Positions 9,434 through 20,168 are shown, numbered from the stretch's first letter. The stretch is 64,000 nucleotides of DNA from an uncultured Holophagales bacterium (GCA_963842525.1 CAWJGT010000001.1:672001-736000); one strand, 5' to 3'. Translations and numbers: made by a program. The notes: generated from the sequence alone by a model not told the origin.

Positions 9434-11374
9434 ATGCCGGTCACTCCCTACGTCGTCGGTCAGTGGGTTCGCGAAGAGCGGTTCTACGGCCGCAGCGCGC
9501 TCATTACAGAGATTCTGGAAGGCAACCGGAACTGCCTGTGGATCCTCGGCACGCGCAGGATCGGCAAGACGTCGATCCTCAAGCAGCTCGAGCACCTGAC
9601 CTCGACCGCGCCGAAACCTCGCTATGTCCCGCTGTACTGGGACTTCCAGGGCTCGGAAGAGGCGGAGGATCTTCACCAGGGCTTCCGCGATGCGCTGTTC
9701 AACGCGAGCGACAGGCTGGAGGCGCTCGGCATCCCGCTCGCGGACGTCGACAGCGACGACCTGTTCACCGCGATGAGCCGCCTGCGCCGGGAGCTGCGCG
9801 CGCGCGACCTGGTCCTCTTGCTGCTGGGCGACGAGGTCGAGGAGCTGGTCACGATCCACGAAAGAGCGCCGGGATTCCTCCGCCGGCTGCGCCGCGCGTT
9901 GCAATCGCCCGAGAACATTCGAACGGTTTTCGCGTCGACGATCCGATTGTGGAATCTCGCTGCCGAGGAATCGACGACCTCGCCCTTCCTGCACGGCTTC
10001 ACGCCGCCTCTCCCGATCCGGGGCTTGACCGACGACGAGGCACGCTGCCTCGTTCGCCAGTCGCAGCTTCCGCCCGCTTCGCGGCCGCAGCTCGACGAGC
10101 CGACGATCGAGGTGATGCGGGCCCGCTGCAACAATCACCCTTATCTTCTCCAGCTCCTCGGCGAGCGCTATCTCGAACGCGGGGACCTGGATCAGGCGAT
10201 CGAGGAGATCGCCACCGACGAGATGGTCAGCTTCTTCTTCAGCGCCGACCTGGCGATGCTGACGGAGGCCGAGCGCCACATCCTCGACATCATCGACGAA
10301 CAGAAGGAGCCGACGAGCAAATCCATCCGCGAAAGGCTCGCCCTCGAATCGACGTCGCTCCGTGGTGGCCTGCAACGGCTCGAGCACCTCGGCTTCATCC
10401 ACCGCTCGCCCCAGGGCGAATATTCCCTGGCGAGCTCGTTTTTCAGGAGATGGTTCGCCGAGCTGGCAGAGAGGCGCCGGGGACGGCCCGACATCGAAAA
10501 GCGGCCGACGGTCCTGGCGCCGCGCCGCGCCGCGGCCGGCGTTTCCTCACCGGTGCCACCACTGCGGCGGATCGACAACCGCTACGAGCTTCTCGTCCGC
10601 CTCGGGAACGGCTCCAGCGGCGAGGTCTACAAGGCGCACGACACTCTGTTGCGCACGGTGGTTGCGGTCAAGATCCTGAAGCGCGAGCACTGCGTCGACG
10701 AGGAGGCCGTGGAACGGCTGCGCCGCGAGGTGGTCCTGGCCCGGGACCTGTCGCATCCGAACATCCTCAAGATCTATCACCTCGGCGATGACCAGGGGCA
10801 GAGATACATCACCATGCAATACGTGGACGGCCCGGATCTGTCCAAGGTCATCGCGAAGGAAGCGCCCCTGGACACCGACCGGGCCGTCGTCGTCGCCGGC
10901 AAGCTCGCGGCGGCATTGGCCGCTCTCCACCGGTGCCATGTCCTGCACCGCGACATCAAACCGTCCAACGTCCTGATCGACGAGGCAGGAGAGCCGCGCA
11001 TCACCGACTTCGGCCTGGCGCGCCTCGACTGGGGGCCGGCCGTCACGCGGGACGGGTTCTTCCTGGGCACCCCGGAGTACGCGTCCCCGGAGCAGGCTTC
11101 GGGCGAGCACCTGGACGAACGATCGGACCTCTACGCCCTGGGGATCGTGATCTTCGAGATGGTCACAGGCCGTCGTCCATTCACCGCCGAATCCGCCAAC
11201 GAGATGCTGTTCAAACAGATCCGGCAACCGCCGCCCGCCCCGCGGGACCTCATGCCGGCGATCCCTGCGCCGCTCTCGGACCTGATCCTGCGCTGCCTGG
11301 CCAAGGATCGGGCACACCGCTTCCAGAGCGCCAACGAGCTCCACGCCGCGCTCGGCGCGTTGCGGCAGCCCTGA
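9434..11374 (+). CDS. STAND-like ATPase-wHTH fused to a Hanks-type Ser/Thr protein kinase
   Basis: PYVVG..FYGR, GTRRIGKTS and LLGDEVEE. Kinase motifs LGNGSSGEVY, VAVKIL, HRDIKPSN, DFG and GTPEYASPEQ. Confidence 0.9.
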   Translation: MPVTPYVVGQWVREERFYGRSALITEILEGNRNCLWILGTRRIGKTSILKQLEHLTSTAPKPRYVPLYWDFQGSEEAEDLHQGFRDALFNASDRLEALGIPLADVDSDDLFTAMSRLRRELRARDLVLLLLGDEVEELVTIHERAPGFLRRLRRALQSPENIRTVFASTIRLWNLAAEESTTSPFLHGFTPPLPIRGLTDDEARCLVRQSQLPPASRPQLDEPTIEVMRARCNNHPYLLQLLGERYLERGDLDQAIEEIATDEMVSFFFSADLAMLTEAERHILDIIDEQKEPTSKSIRERLALESTSLRGGLQRLEHLGFIHRSPQGEYSLASSFFRRWFAELAERRRGRPDIEKRPTVLAPRRAAAGVSSPVPPLRRIDNRYELLVRLGNGSSGEVYKAHDTLLRTVVAVKILKREHCVDEEAVERLRREVVLARDLSHPNILKIYHLGDDQGQRYITMQYVDGPDLSKVIAKEAPLDTDRAVVVAGKLAAALAALHRCHVLHRDIKPSNVLIDEAGEPRITDFGLARLDWGPAVTRDGFFLGTPEYASPEQASGEHLDERSDLYALGIVIFEMVTGRRPFTAESANEMLFKQIRQPPPAPRDLMPAIPAPLSDLILRCLAKDRAHRFQSANELHAALGALRQP

Positions 11375-11615
11375 GAGGGTGTTTGGAAAGTCCTCACCAG
11401 CGAACACGATCGGCCGGCTGATGATCCGGGTCCGTCGTATCATCCTGAGCGTAGCGAAAGATCTGGGCGGTGGTAACGGCTCAGAATCCAAGACCGGAGC
11501 GGGCTCGCGGCCTCCCTTCCCCCAGATCCTTCGCTACGCTCAGGATGACACGACGGGGCTGGGTGCCCAAGACGGACCTTACCAGCTCGCTTGCGGCCCC
11601 TTTCCAAACACCCTC
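11375..11615. mobile_element. MITE with 16-bp terminal inverted repeats and an internal long palindrome
   Basis: GAGGGTGTTTGGAAAG ... CTTTCCAAACACCCTC, flanked by TGA on both sides (3-bp TSD; the left copy is the kinase stop codon). Internal IR at 11433-11467 / 11521-11555 (CATCCTGAGCGTAGCGAA.GATCTGGG). Confidence 0.75.
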
Positions 11616-11679
11616 TGAAGCGGTCATCAGAGTAGAACCAGGAACGAGACCACGACGGCACCGTCCCGCAGGAAGCGGA

Positions 11680-12537
11680 TCACGGCCCGCCCGCAAGCTC
11701 CACGCCGAGGGCCTTCAGTCGCTGGCCCAGGGCCTCGAAGGTGCTCTCAATCGCTCCTTCAAATCGAATCGGCAACAGCCCTCCCAAGTCTGACGGGAGC
11801 TGCCCCTGCTGTTCTTTGGAAGTTCCCCATTTCTGCAGCACGATGAGCCTCTGGAGGCCTCGCGAGAGTCCCATCGCGATCCCGATCTCGAGCAGCACGT
11901 TGAGACGCGGGTACGAGCTCCCGTCCGGAGCCCGATCATCGGGTGTGCAGACCGCAACGAAGGCGCCGCACTCGTTCATCCGGGAGACCAGCCCCTGCCC
12001 GATCTCCGTGGCAAGGGTCGCCCCTGAGATAGTTTCCGCCACCAAGCCGTTCTCTGTCAGGAACTCCTTGACCCTCCCAGTGGCGCCATCGGCGTGCCGG
12101 TCGTGGCCGTAGATCAGGAAGACCTTCCGGCGGTTCACATAGACCCCGCGCTGCGCCAGCTCCTGCCGGATCTCTCCGGCCATCCATCCAGGATGGGTCG
12201 ACTTCGACTTGGGTATGACGTTGGGAGGGAGGTCGCCGATCTTGAGGCGATCGTAGAAGTTGGTGATCATGAAGATCGGGAGGGAACGCCCGGCATGGGC
12301 CTGCTCCGTGATCTTGCGCGAGAGGTCGAGCCCGACACGGTCCTCGTCGCCGAGAGCCTGTTTATCGGCTTCAATCAGGTCGACGATAATGAAATCCCAG
12401 GTTCCGCCAGAGAACCGGTCGATGAAGTCCTTTACCTTGTCCGCAATCTCCAAGTCGATGTTGTAATGGCGCCGTAGAGACTCCTGGAGCATGCGCATGT
12501 AGTCTTCGGGTTTGTCATCCCAAGCCAGGGCCCGCAT
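11680..12537 (-). CDS. Response-regulator receiver fused to a CAP12-type TIR-like nucleotide-binding domain
   Basis: REC residues WDD, FIIVD(L), MIT and KSK. TIR-like domain: KVFLIYGHD...GAFVAVCTPDD...PRLNVLLEIG...LPSDLGGL. Confidence 0.85.
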   Translation of the reverse strand: MRALAWDDKPEDYMRMLQESLRRHYNIDLEIADKVKDFIDRFSGGTWDFIIVDLIEADKQALGDEDRVGLDLSRKITEQAHAGRSLPIFMITNFYDRLKIGDLPPNVIPKSKSTHPGWMAGEIRQELAQRGVYVNRRKVFLIYGHDRHADGATGRVKEFLTENGLVAETISGATLATEIGQGLVSRMNECGAFVAVCTPDDRAPDGSSYPRLNVLLEIGIAMGLSRGLQRLIVLQKWGTSKEQQGQLPSDLGGLLPIRFEGAIESTFEALGQRLKALGVELAGGP

Positions 12538-12548
12538 TTGCGTCCTCC

Positions 12549-15348
12549 TCAGTCCCTCGGCGCATTGCGTGCCAGCAGGGTAAGAATGGCGACGGTGCCT
12601 CGTTCCTCGCTTTTTTTACCGATCTCCAGCGAGCCTCCATAACTCAGGATGTCCCGCCGGTGTTGCCTAAGCGTGTCCTGCGAGCTGAAGCCGCCGAACG
12701 TGCCGCAATCGGAGATCACGGTCAGCCGGGAATAATCGCGCAGTTCCGTTTCTTCCGGCGGCGGTGCGGAGGCCTCGATCTTCTCGAGATCCGTCGACAC
12801 GAGGTCCGCCCAGCTCTCACCCTCGGCGAGCACCCAGCCAGCGAAGGAGTGTCGAGCGTTGGTGAAAAGGTTACGAAGTGTCTCGCGGAGTAGGTGCGGC
12901 TCGCACAAGACGAAGCACTCTGTCTCCATGGCCCGGTACTTTGCCAGCTCGCGGTCCCAGACGTTGCTGTAGCCATGGACGGTGAGCACCTGGTTGGCGT
13001 TCTCCAGTGCCGCCACGATGAGTTCGCGGAACGGTACGATGTAGCGGTGCAGCAGCGTCCTCAGGTACGAGCCGGGCTCCCAGAGAGCATAGAAGATCCG
13101 GGTGCGCAGGCGAACGATGGTACTGAAGTCGCTCTTGGCGACGATATTATTGATCCGGATGTTCTGAAAGATGTTGCCGAGAAGCACAGTGTCCTGAGAG
13201 AACCCTGGCAGCTCGGGCTCGTTTGAGAACTGCTGGGCCTCGGCACGGCTGGTCTGGGCGAAGAAGAGGAGTTGGCGAACGGCGCTGGCAATCTCCTCCA
13301 GGATTCCGGCTGTGTACACGGCGTCCTCAAGGAGCTTCTTGGTTTCCACCTTATCAATGCGGACACGCTGAACTTCTTCCTTCGGGTCGGCGGACTCTCG
13401 GAGGCTCACGAGCCCTTCCAACTCCAGCAAGGCCGCGTCGAGGCTCGAATAGATGGGATTGTGCCCCTTCTTGGGCGTCGTGACTTTGCTGTGGAGGTAG
13501 CGGATGACTTGATGCTTGGCCTTGAGCTCGTGCGCTCCAAGCTCGGTCAGGAGCAGGTTCAAGTTGGCTTTGACCCGGTTCTTCCGGCTGCGGGCCTCTC
13601 CCTCGCTGTCTTGTGGCAGGTTCTGCTCAAAAAAATTGATGAAGCGGGTGGCGGCCTTCTTCATCCGGTTCTTAAGCTCGACGGCAACTTCGGGCTGATG
13701 GAACTTGTGATGCGAGAAGTGCATCAGCATGGAAAGGTTCCAAGCGACGCGCTCATCGCCGAAATACTGGAACAGGTTTTCGGGATATGCGACCCACTCT
13801 TCGGGCTCGCGGCCGCAGGTCAGGACCTCGTGAATGAACTGATCGTAGTCGAACTCGTGATCGAGGAAGGAGAAGACAGAGACACCGAACAGCAGGTGGG
13901 TCTCCGTGTCGACAATCTTCTCGATCTCCGTGATCCGCCGCCGGCCCTCTAGCTCAAACCGCCGCTCGCGGAGGCTCTGGATACGCTCGATCAAGGTGCT
14001 GCGGAGATAACGGAACTTGCCCGTCATCTTGAGGTAGCTGAGGTCCGAAAGGAGAATCCCGAAGAGCTTGTAGAGAGTCTCCTTGTCGGAAAGGTTGGCG
14101 ATCTCCTGGATGAAAGGAGCATAGTCCCGAGATTCCACAACGTTGCGGCAGAGGAGCGCGAGCTTGCCCTCCTGGGAAGCAACTGTGATCGAAACGCGTC
14201 CTATTTCCAAGGTGTAGTCGGCCGGCAAGGGCTGTGAGGTGGGCTCTTCGAAGTCCCGAGAGGTCAGACTGTGGGAACGGAAGTACTTCTGGTCCTGGTT
14301 CATCCAGCGGCGGAAGCTGGGGACCCGCGTTTCGGCCGAGTAATATTGGAACAGCGCACCAATCGTCTGCTGCATCCTCGTGATGTCGTCGCTGTGAATA
14401 TCTGGGAGGTTGTACAGCGAAATGAAGGTGAAGCCCGCGTCGCCGACTGGTACGCCGTTTCCGATGCCGCGCAGGAGCCGCTTGATGCGGGCTACGAAGT
14501 TGCTGGTGTGCAGCCCCATCCGGTTGAGCAGGCAGATGGCGGTGATGCTCTGCACCGACTGGGAGGCGAGCAGGGAGACAAGGTTCCGTAGTTTCTCCGA
14601 AGTATGAAGGGAAAAGAGCAACAGGAGGATATGACCGTTTTGGATTTTCTCGATGCTGGGAGGGAGCAGGAAGTAGCTGCTGGAGGTTTCGAGCGAATGG
14701 ACGAACACGCACGGCTTCGGTTCCTTGTTCTGGGTCAGCCGGCGGTCCTCAACGAACTCCTTGAAGCGTACATCCTCGCGGTTGAAGGTGGTCACGATGG
14801 CCGAGCCTCGATCGACCGCCTCTTCGATGGCGGCCCAGATCTTGTCTCCGTGCTCACTAAGCAGACATTCCACCCGGATCGCCGTCGTGAACCGCCGGAG
14901 ATCCATCTGATAGAAATTGAAGTCGATGGCTTGTGCGGACTCAAGGTGATCGAACAACTCGATGTCGCTAAAGTGGGGCCGGAAACCGTTGGGTAGCAGC
15001 AGCTTCTCTTCCGGCAGTACCGTGACTGGATTGATCTTGAAGATCTTGTCGGCGGCAATGTCGGCGGATTCGACGAAAGGGATCGGACGCGTGGTCATCG
15101 CGTGGATGCGCAGAGGCGGAGACTGGTCGTTGAAGACGAGACGTGGATCGGCGATGAGGTACTCTCCGGTCACTACTACGCAGAGCACGCCGACCGGAGC
15201 CCCGCCGACCTCCTTGACGATCTCCGCCATCCTTCCGACCAGAGTCCCCGTGGCCATGACATCGGTGACGATGAGGACCTGCTCCCCTTTGAAGTCAAGA
15301 AGCCCGCGGTTCTCGAAGTTCAGGAATGGATAATGGCCAAGGTAGTGG
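12549..15348 (-). pseudogene. C-terminal part of an IS-interrupted tandem PRTase / histidine-kinase-like protein
   Basis: PRPP-loop VLIVTDVMATGTL, a second degenerate PRTase-like fold (HILLLLFSLHTSEKL...ITAICLLNR), a putative H-box GHNPIYSSL and a HATPase-like end (LRETLRNLFTNARH...GGSLEI...GTVAILTL). In frame with 17007-17391 once the IS is removed. Confidence 0.75.
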
Positions 15349-17006
15349 GTATCTGTTTACCGTCAGCGGCACTTTTGGGGAAGGTTTTCCCTGGACACAC
15401 GTCCGCGCTGGCCAGGCGACCTGACGAGGGCGAGCGGCTACCGACCTGGAGCCACGGATAACTCGTGGCGAGAACTGTTACGGTGGCTGTGACGCAGGAA
15501 GTATTGCCTCAAGCTTCGGTAGCTGGGGGCTGCGCAGAAGCTGGGGCAAGATCTCGAGTGTCCCGACTTGGTGTTGCTGAAATGTGCGCAGGGCACTCAT
15601 CAAGACCGCTTGCGCCTGGGACCCCTCGGCCGTCCGATTTCCCCCAGATGTCTTGCGGTTGATGACCGCCGGGCGAATCCCTTGTTCGGCCGGCCAATTG
15701 GTCGCCTCCACATCCGTGCGTTCCAGGAAGACAAACAGCTGCTCCTGGTGACGTATCAAATGCTGAGCCAGACGCTGGTTGTCGGGGTTCGTGAACTGCC
15801 CCGACAGACGCCTTTCCATCTGGAGCTCCAAGTCCTGCTTGACCTTCTCCAGCGCCTCGCCGCTGAGCTTGCCCGCGTCCCGCTGATCTCGCGCCTCCAA
15901 GGCGGCCTGCAGGATCTCTTTCACCGCCCGAGGAAAGCGCACCGCACCCCCTGTCGCCTTCTCCAGCAGCTCCTCGCAACGGCGCAACAGATGCGCCAGA
16001 CAGGTCTGATGAGTCGCTTCTTCAAATTTCTGATAGGGAGCCCAACCATCAGCCACCAGCACGCCGACAAAGCCCTCCCCCAGGACCTCAGAGGCCTCGG
16101 CATAGCCACGACCCGGCTGGATGCTGTAGACCGTCTCGCTGCGATTGGTGAACACCCACAACCACACGCTATAGCCCCCCTCCCGCCAGCCCGTCTCGTC
16201 CGGGTACACCACAGGAGAAGCTCCGGATCTTCGCCTTCAGCTCCTCGTACAAGGGCTCCAGCTTCTTACTCATGCGAAGCAGCGCGCGGCACAGGGCCGA
16301 GCGCGACACAGACAGTCCAGCCAGCTCCTTCAGCAACGCGGCGATCTTGCCGTAGCTCAAGCCTCCGACCTTGTTGAGCCAGGCGGCGAGCCCCAACACG
16401 TTTGGACCGAGTTGCACGTTGCCGACCCGGAACGCCTGGGAAGTCTGGCGCGGGTGACGCCCCACAGCTTCCCGGCCACATGCCGAGCACTTCCCATAAT
16501 GGAGGATGAACTCCGTCGTCACCGGCCGAATCGGCGGCAGATCGGTCTGATACTGGCGAGCTTCGCCCTGCGGAATGACCTGACCCCCACAGTGCTCACA
16601 ATACAGCGGGCACTCCACCACGATGGTTTCGTCGACGTGATCGGGCACAGCTCGAGTCGCTTGCTGACCATATTGATCCCCGGCTTTGCGCCCTGGAGAC
16701 TTGGGATCCTCGCTCGGATCTCCCTTCGAGAAGGGGGCAGCCTGGCGTTTGCCCCGGCGCCGTAGCTCCTCGACAAGTTTCTCCAGATCGACGATTCGGC
16801 GCTTCAGGTGCGCAATCTGGCGCTCCTGCTCCTCCACCCGCTGGCGAAGCTCACCGTTGTCTTGGCGAAGCTCAGAGTTCTCTTGAAGGAGTTCCTCGTA
16901 AGTCGGCATGCCTGAAAGACATTAGACCATGCCGAGAAGAGAACTTCAAGCCCTTGCGGACGTGCCACCGCTCGGGGAAGGCGGCACTAGGGCGGTAAAC
17001 AGATAC
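15349..17006 (-). mobile_element. IS66-family insertion sequence (single-ORF type), 1658 bp
   Basis: 14-bp terminal IR GTATCTGTTTACCG at both ends; 8-bp TSD GGTAGTGG at 15341-15348 and 17007-17014. Confidence 0.92.
15478..16909 (-). CDS. IS66 transposase (TnpC-like; one-base frameshift at ~16220)
   Basis: N-terminal coiled coil, zinc finger CEHCG...CSACG, DETGW, LVADGWAPY, QTCLAHLLR and TNWPAEQGIRPAV. Confidence 0.9.
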
Positions 17007-17391
17007 GGTAGTGGATCGTCACCTTGTCGCGTTCGTCTTCGATCGAGGCGTGGACGTGCTCGACGATGTGCTTCGAGGTCGCGGTCGAGGTCACGAGCGC
17101 CGAAAATGGAGTCTTGCGGCGGATCTCCCGGATCTTGGCGGCGAGCATTGCAATGAACTCGTTGAAGTCCCCCCGCTGGTCGAAAAGCTCCCATAGAGTG
17201 ATGAACTTCTCCTGAAATCTTCCCGAAGTGAGCTCGAACGCCGCCCGACCCTCGTGCCCATTGCCCATCTGCTGCTTCCAGACGTTCGCGTCGAGGAGCA
17301 TGCCGCTCTTCGGGTTTTCGATCAGTTCCCGGAGTTTGGGCGCGTATTCGATAAGGGCAGATTCGTTGGTTGCATCAAGAATATCAGGCAT
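17007..17391 (-). pseudogene. N-terminal part of the IS-interrupted PRTase/kinase gene
   Basis: MPDILD...FELTSGRFQEKFI (orotate-PRT-like FxLxSG motif)...DKVTIHY, continuing as LGHYPF on the other side of the IS. Confidence 0.8.
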
Positions 17392-17556
17392 GGCGTACAC
17401 TTATCCGGCAGAAATCGACGTTGTGGACGCAGAGTCTTTTCGTGCTATGGCGAACAGATCTTCAAGATATCATTAGCGTCGTCCACCGTTTCTGTGACAA
17501 TCCCGTGACAGAGAAGGATTGAAACTTCCCGATCTTCGCCGCGAGGAACCCTCTAT

Positions 17557-19245
17557 ATGTCCGAGCATATCATAGTCTGCGGAATGGGCGACATCGGTTA
17601 CCGCGTCGTCATCCTGCTGCACCGGCTCGGGGAGAGGCTCGTGGCGGTCACGGATCGGGTGCGGGATGAGCGGCGCATGGTGGCTGAGGGGCTCGGGGTG
17701 AAGGTCCTCCTGGGGGACGCGCGCAACGAGCGGCTGCTGATCGAGGCAGGCCTGTCTTCGGCGCGCGTAATCATCGCGGCCACCGACAACGACCTGGCCA
17801 ACATCGAGATCGCTCTCGACGCGCGGCGGATCCGGCCAGACATCCCGGTGGTGGTCCGCCTGTTCGACCAGGACCTCGCCCGCCAGCTCGAGGCCGCCCT
17901 GCATCTGCACAGGGCGCTCGGCATGTCGGCGCTTGCGGCGCCCAGCTTTGCAGCCGCCGCGATGGGGGATTCCATTCTCGCCGGCTTCACGGTCGGCGAC
18001 GTGCCCTATGTGGTGGGGCGGCAGATGGCCTGCACAGGCCCTCTTGCCGACTGCGCGAACGTGGGAGAGGTCGCCCGGCTCCACCGGCTTCAGACGATGG
18101 TCCTGGAACGCCCGGGGCAGGAATGTGTGGCACTGCCGCCTCCTGGTGAGGTACCTCGGCCGGGAGACCGGCTGTCCCTCTTCGGCCGCAAGGAGGACTG
18201 GGACGGTCTGTTCGCCGTCCCTGACCGCGCAGCTCCGATCGGGAGAAAGGCTTCCCGGCGCGGCCTGCGCCGGGTGCTGGGCCGCGCCCTCGGCATCTGG
18301 CGCGACGAGCCCATCGCGCTTCGCGCCGTGTTTCTGAGCCTCTGCGTCCTGATCCCCGTGACGGTCTTTCTGTTCCGTCAGTTCCTGAACCTCTCGTTGA
18401 CGGACGCAATCTTCTTCACGATCACGAACCTGCATGGCGAGATCGGGCTGACGGGCGCGGGACCGGAGATCAAGCTCTGGGAGATCCTGGTCATGGTCCT
18501 CGGCTCGATAACCATAGCTACTCTGTACTCGATGCTCACTGACTACGTGGTGGGCGCCCGGCTGCGCAAGCTCCTCGGCGGCCGGCCCATGCCCAAGAAA
18601 GGTCACGTCGTGGTGGTGGGGATGGGCCAGATCGGCTACCGGGTGACCCTTGCGCTCCGGGAGGTCGGGGTTCCGCTGGTGGCCGTGGACTCCGATCCCG
18701 ACGCGCCGTTCCTCGCGACGGTCCGTACCCTGGCGCCGGTCGTGATCGGGGACGCCCGTCTCCCCGAGACCCTGGAGCGCGCCGGCCTTGGGCGCGCCCG
18801 GGCCGTCGTGGCGGCCACCAGCGACGATGCCGTCAACCTGGGGATCGGACTGGCGGCCCGCAGGGAGAGCCCGAGCGTCCGCACCGTCGTGCGTCTGTTC
18901 GACGCCGACTTCGCCCGCAAGGTCGAGAGTGCCTTGGGGATCGACGCAGCGCTCGGCGCCTCGCGGATCGCAGCGCCGACCTTCGCCGCATCAGCCCTGT
19001 ATCCCGACGTGGCGAAGGCGTTCATCGTGCAGGACCGGCTTCTCATTCTGCGGCTCTGTCGGGCCGGGGCGGACTGGTCCCGGAAGAAACCGACCGACCT
19101 CGAGGCCGACGAGGGCAGCCCGGTTCGTATCTTGATGCGCAATGGCGAGCTGCCCCAGCCGGGGGGCGCCGAGAGGCCTCTCGCCGAAGGTGAGGAGGTG
19201 CTTGCCGCCCTCTGGCGGAAGCTGGAGCCGGCGCCCCATGAATAG
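17557..19245 (+). CDS. TrkA-N (RCK) domain potassium-channel-family protein
   Basis: Two Rossmann RCK domains (IIVCGMGDIG; VVVVGMGQIG) flank a two-TM channel-like segment. Confidence 0.85.
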   Translation: MSEHIIVCGMGDIGYRVVILLHRLGERLVAVTDRVRDERRMVAEGLGVKVLLGDARNERLLIEAGLSSARVIIAATDNDLANIEIALDARRIRPDIPVVVRLFDQDLARQLEAALHLHRALGMSALAAPSFAAAAMGDSILAGFTVGDVPYVVGRQMACTGPLADCANVGEVARLHRLQTMVLERPGQECVALPPPGEVPRPGDRLSLFGRKEDWDGLFAVPDRAAPIGRKASRRGLRRVLGRALGIWRDEPIALRAVFLSLCVLIPVTVFLFRQFLNLSLTDAIFFTITNLHGEIGLTGAGPEIKLWEILVMVLGSITIATLYSMLTDYVVGARLRKLLGGRPMPKKGHVVVVGMGQIGYRVTLALREVGVPLVAVDSDPDAPFLATVRTLAPVVIGDARLPETLERAGLGRARAVVAATSDDAVNLGIGLAARRESPSVRTVVRLFDADFARKVESALGIDAALGASRIAAPTFAASALYPDVAKAFIVQDRLLILRLCRAGADWSRKKPTDLEADEGSPVRILMRNGELPQPGGAERPLAEGEEVLAALWRKLEPAPHE

Positions 19246-19260
19246 CACGTCGCGGGCGAG

Positions 19261-20133
19261 CTACCGCAGGCCGAACAGATACAGGAGCGCCGCGTAGCCG
19301 CTGGGTAGAGACCGGGGCGGCTCGTGCAGATCTGCATAGCGCACGGCCATTTCGAGGAAGAACCGGGCGTGGAAAAACGCCTCCAGAATTGGCCGGGTCA
19401 CCTCGGTCCAGTTTTTGTTGTCCTCGGGCTTGAAGACCTTCCCGGTTCCCGACTCGATGATCTCGACGAACCAGGGGTTGAGCGGCAGGTCGGGGGCGAG
19501 TGCCTGCAGCCTGCGGACGATCGACTGGGTCTGGTGCTGCAACCCATAGACCTTGAAGCTTTGATGGTAGAAGCGGTAGACCGGGTCTTCATAGCCCCAG
19601 TGATTGCTGCTCTCTTCGAGCAGCTTTTCGAGCTCAGCCCGGTCGCGCCGCAGGCTCAGGAGCAGAGCCTGCTCGGCATCCGGTGCGGCGGCTTCCCTGG
19701 TGTCAACAGGAGGAGCAACTGGAGGGGTGGGATCATCCGAGGGCTTCGCCTCGATCTCGACATTTTCTGACGGCGCCGGAAACCTGTCCCAGTCCAAGTC
19801 CGGAGAGACAAAGCCGGGATCCTGGCGGACCTCCTCCCAAGGCCGGATCCACTCGACACAGCCATGGGTGAAACGGACCGCGTACTCCACCCACCCAGAG
19901 TCTTCAGAAGTATCCCGAAGGGAGGTGTAGATCCGGAGGTCACCATGAATCGGCCACTCGATGTCGCGATCCGGCCCGCGCCCGCCGCGCCACGGATGCC
20001 GGATCAAGCGGCCGTTACGGGTGATCGTGTACCTGCCGAGAGCGCACTCCAGGTCCTTCGTCTGGAATTCCAGATTCTGATGCCGTGCATCCGGCAGCGG
20101 ATACTCGCAACGGACAGTGTCGAAGAGACCCAT
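19261..20133 (-). CDS. Two-domain hypothetical protein
   Basis: 290-aa ORF with an N-domain (MGLFDTVRCEYPLP..FQTKDL), a Pro-rich linker and a C-domain (YEDPVYRFYHQSFKVY). Confidence 0.7.
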   Translation of the reverse strand: MGLFDTVRCEYPLPDARHQNLEFQTKDLECALGRYTITRNGRLIRHPWRGGRGPDRDIEWPIHGDLRIYTSLRDTSEDSGWVEYAVRFTHGCVEWIRPWEEVRQDPGFVSPDLDWDRFPAPSENVEIEAKPSDDPTPPVAPPVDTREAAAPDAEQALLLSLRRDRAELEKLLEESSNHWGYEDPVYRFYHQSFKVYGLQHQTQSIVRRLQALAPDLPLNPWFVEIIESGTGKVFKPEDNKNWTEVTRPILEAFFHARFFLEMAVRYADLHEPPRSLPSGYAALLYLFGLR

Positions 20134-20168
20134 GGCTGACGCCTACACGTGGCAGGCTGTGAATGTGG

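Noticed and set aside
16169-16230. Programmed frameshift in the IS66 transposase
   Set aside because: No slippery A-tract at the junction, and single-ORF IS66 transposases are normally continuous; probably an indel.
17400-17520. Third gene of the PRTase operon upstream (minus frame ...ETVDDANDILKICSP*)
   Set aside because: Too short, no start codon, and cannot be distinguished from intergenic sequence without a homology search.
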